Below are positions 62,228 through 64,000 of a stretch of 64,000 nt of DNA, one piece after another. This DNA is from an uncultured delta proteobacterium. GTDB taxonomy: Bacteria > Desulfobacterota > Desulfomonilia > Desulfomonilales > Desulfomonilaceae. The translations under genes were made by a program, and so were the position numbers. Numbering within the stretch: the stretch's first letter is position 1; every line of letters starts with the position of its first letter. Below the pieces are notes generated by a model that ran no database searches, was not told the DNA's origin, and saw only the letters and a program-made list of their open reading frames with translations. The DNA is taken from positions 448,001-512,000 of the forward strand of contig CAWBKB010000007.1 in assembly GCA_963789265.1 (NCBI GenBank). Direction: 5' to 3'.

Positions 62228-62283
62228 GTAGGACAGGCATCTTGCCTGTCTATTAAAATGACAGGCAAGATGCCTGTCCCACC
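62228..62283. repeat. GTAG/GTGG REP pair
   Basis: gtaggacaggcatcttgcctgtc-tattaaaat-gacaggcaagatgcctgtcccacc. Confidence 0.85.
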
Positions 62284-62352
62284 AAGACGGTACTCTCTCC
62301 TTGCCTCGAATCGAGGAATACCTGATTGCCCCCATGCCCGATTCGTATTCAG

Positions 62353-63711
62353 TCAAATCCTGTATTGCTTACGCCTGCGCCAAAGCGTGGCCTGGTCTAT
62401 TCCAAGTATTTCCGCAGCTTCCTGTAGAGATTTCGTCGAGGCCAACACACGCCTAATGTGCTCCTCCTCAATTTTTGCCAGATTGACAGGATCTCCGAGT
62501 TTAACAGCGGCAGTGCTTTGAGAAATTCTCTCTGGCAAATATTCAACACCAACGCGATCTGTCCTGCACAATATGGCTGCCCGTTCGACAACATTGCTTA
62601 ATTCCCTGACATTCCCCGGCCATTCGTATGCCCTGAGCGTTTCCAGGGCATCCTCCGCGAACCCTTGGAAGTCTCGACGGTTCTTTCGGCCAAAGAAAGC
62701 CAGGAACCGCTCCGCCAAAAGGGATACATCCTCCGTCCTCTCGCGTAAAGGAGGAATCTCAATCTGGATGACGTTCAATCTATACAGCAGATCTTCTCGG
62801 AAACGCCCCTCCCGTACCGCATTTTCCAAGTCTATGTTGGTGGCTGTTATGATCCGGACATCGGCTTTTCGTGTAATCGTATCGCCCACGCGCCCGTATT
62901 CACAATCTTGAACGAAGCGTAGAAGTTTGGGTTGAAGCGGCAATGGCAAATCGCCGATCTCATCCAAAAAGAGAGTTCCTCCCTCACACATTGCTATGCG
63001 TCCGGGATAATCTCGAATTGCCCCGGTGAATGCGCCCTTGGCGTGTCCGAAAAGCTCACTTTCCAACAACTCCAATGGAAGAGTCGGGCACGAAATGACC
63101 CCCATAGGTTTTTCAGACCGATTGCTCCAATAATGAATGGCTCGCGCCAGTGCGGTCTTGCCTGTACCGCTCTCGCCTCGGAGCATGACTCTGGCATCGG
63201 AGGTCGCAACTTCGCGCGCAAGATTCACTACTCGCTGCATTGCCGGGCTGTTGCTGGAGAAATCCGCTTCCGGGATTGACCTGCCCAGTTCGTCCTGGAG
63301 GGCGGTAACCTTCTGTTCCAATCGTCGAACTGCCGCCACTTTACCAACAACCAGATTCACCTGGGCTGGTGTAAAGGGCTTTGGAATATAGTCCGTAGCT
63401 CCGCGACGCATAGCTTCCACCGCGGTGCCAATCGAGGAGTAGGCCGTTATCACCACCACTTTGAGCCACGGGGCTGAGGCTAGCAGCGAGGGAATCAAAT
63501 CCAAGCCGTCTTCGGAACCGAGCCGGAGATCGACGAAAGCCAAGTCAAAAGAGCGACGTGCAGCTTCCGCTACGGCATCCTGAAAATTACTGACTGCAAT
63601 GACCGTGTGGCCTCTGGTTTCGAGACAAACGGTTAAGGTTTTACGAATGTTCACCTCGTCATCCACAATCAGGATGCTGAGGGGTGGTGATGTGATCTTC
63701 GGTTCAATCAT
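62353..63711 (-). CDS. Sigma-54-dependent response regulator (AlgB-like)
   Basis: REC (DLRLG.EDGL, KPFTP), GESGTGKT, ESELFGHAKGAFTGA, WPGNVREL, ILGIDQATLWRRRK. Confidence 0.95.
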   Translation of the reverse strand: MIEPKITSPPLSILIVDDEVNIRKTLTVCLETRGHTVIAVSNFQDAVAEAARRSFDLAFVDLRLGSEDGLDLIPSLLASAPWLKVVVITAYSSIGTAVEAMRRGATDYIPKPFTPAQVNLVVGKVAAVRRLEQKVTALQDELGRSIPEADFSSNSPAMQRVVNLAREVATSDARVMLRGESGTGKTALARAIHYWSNRSEKPMGVISCPTLPLELLESELFGHAKGAFTGAIRDYPGRIAMCEGGTLFLDEIGDLPLPLQPKLLRFVQDCEYGRVGDTITRKADVRIITATNIDLENAVREGRFREDLLYRLNVIQIEIPPLRERTEDVSLLAERFLAFFGRKNRRDFQGFAEDALETLRAYEWPGNVRELSNVVERAAILCRTDRVGVEYLPERISQSTAAVKLGDPVNLAKIEEEHIRRVLASTKSLQEAAEILGIDQATLWRRRKQYRI

Positions 63712-64000
63712 GGATTAGCCGATCCTGAGTCACCTGAGAATGAGATTTCGCCTCAGGTGGAGATCATTTCGTCTGCCATGGCGGCAAGAGTTTGCCAATT
63801 TAGAGTTCACTTCGTAACATTGTTTCGAAAACATTGCAAAAGGCCCCAGCAGTAAATGAACAGGTCATCGCCTCGAGAAGATTCCCCAAAACCGTCTTTG
63901 CCTGTCGCTGAGTCAAGAGCATGCAACGCCGTTCGAATTTCAATCACTTGACACTTCGTCTAAGGATTGTTATTTCAAAACCGATGATTCTTTTGCCGCC

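Overview
64 kb from a sulfate-reducing Desulfobacterota genome, probably Desulfomonile-like (inference from gene content). Left end: aprB-aprA-qmoA (partial). Divergent from it is a SEC-C/TPR, YkgJ, HEAT-repeat operon. The HEAT gene has a signal peptide, an in-frame Cys-Gly-UGA and a SECIS-like hairpin 11 nt downstream, making it a candidate selenoprotein missed by the ORF track. Next come a DUF433/PIN-like TA pair, a topo IV-like pair in A-then-B order, two paralogous HTH/Zn-ribbon proteins, ferritin, a rubrerythrin-like gene, an RND permease, the ATP synthase F0 operon, rpsF-rpsR-rplI-dnaB, decayed TA modules, tatA, CDF and PiT/DUF47 transport genes, a Re-citrate-synthase-like gene, aspS and hisS. 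Right end: a Kdp K+ pump locus without KdpE, carrying a sigma-54 response regulator, a consensus sigma-54 promoter, a KinB-like kinase, an unannotated 31-aa membrane peptide, kdpFABC and a soluble KdpD-Usp module apparently fused to a PTS EIIA domain. Intergenic DNA is a mosaic of REP-like palindromes. A ~210-bp MITE family with 4-bp target duplications sits in REP hairpin loops, and a 17-19 bp mini-palindrome recurs inside them. Several genes, including essential hisS, carry +1 frameshifts that look like sequencing errors. No rRNA, tRNA or CRISPR array was seen.
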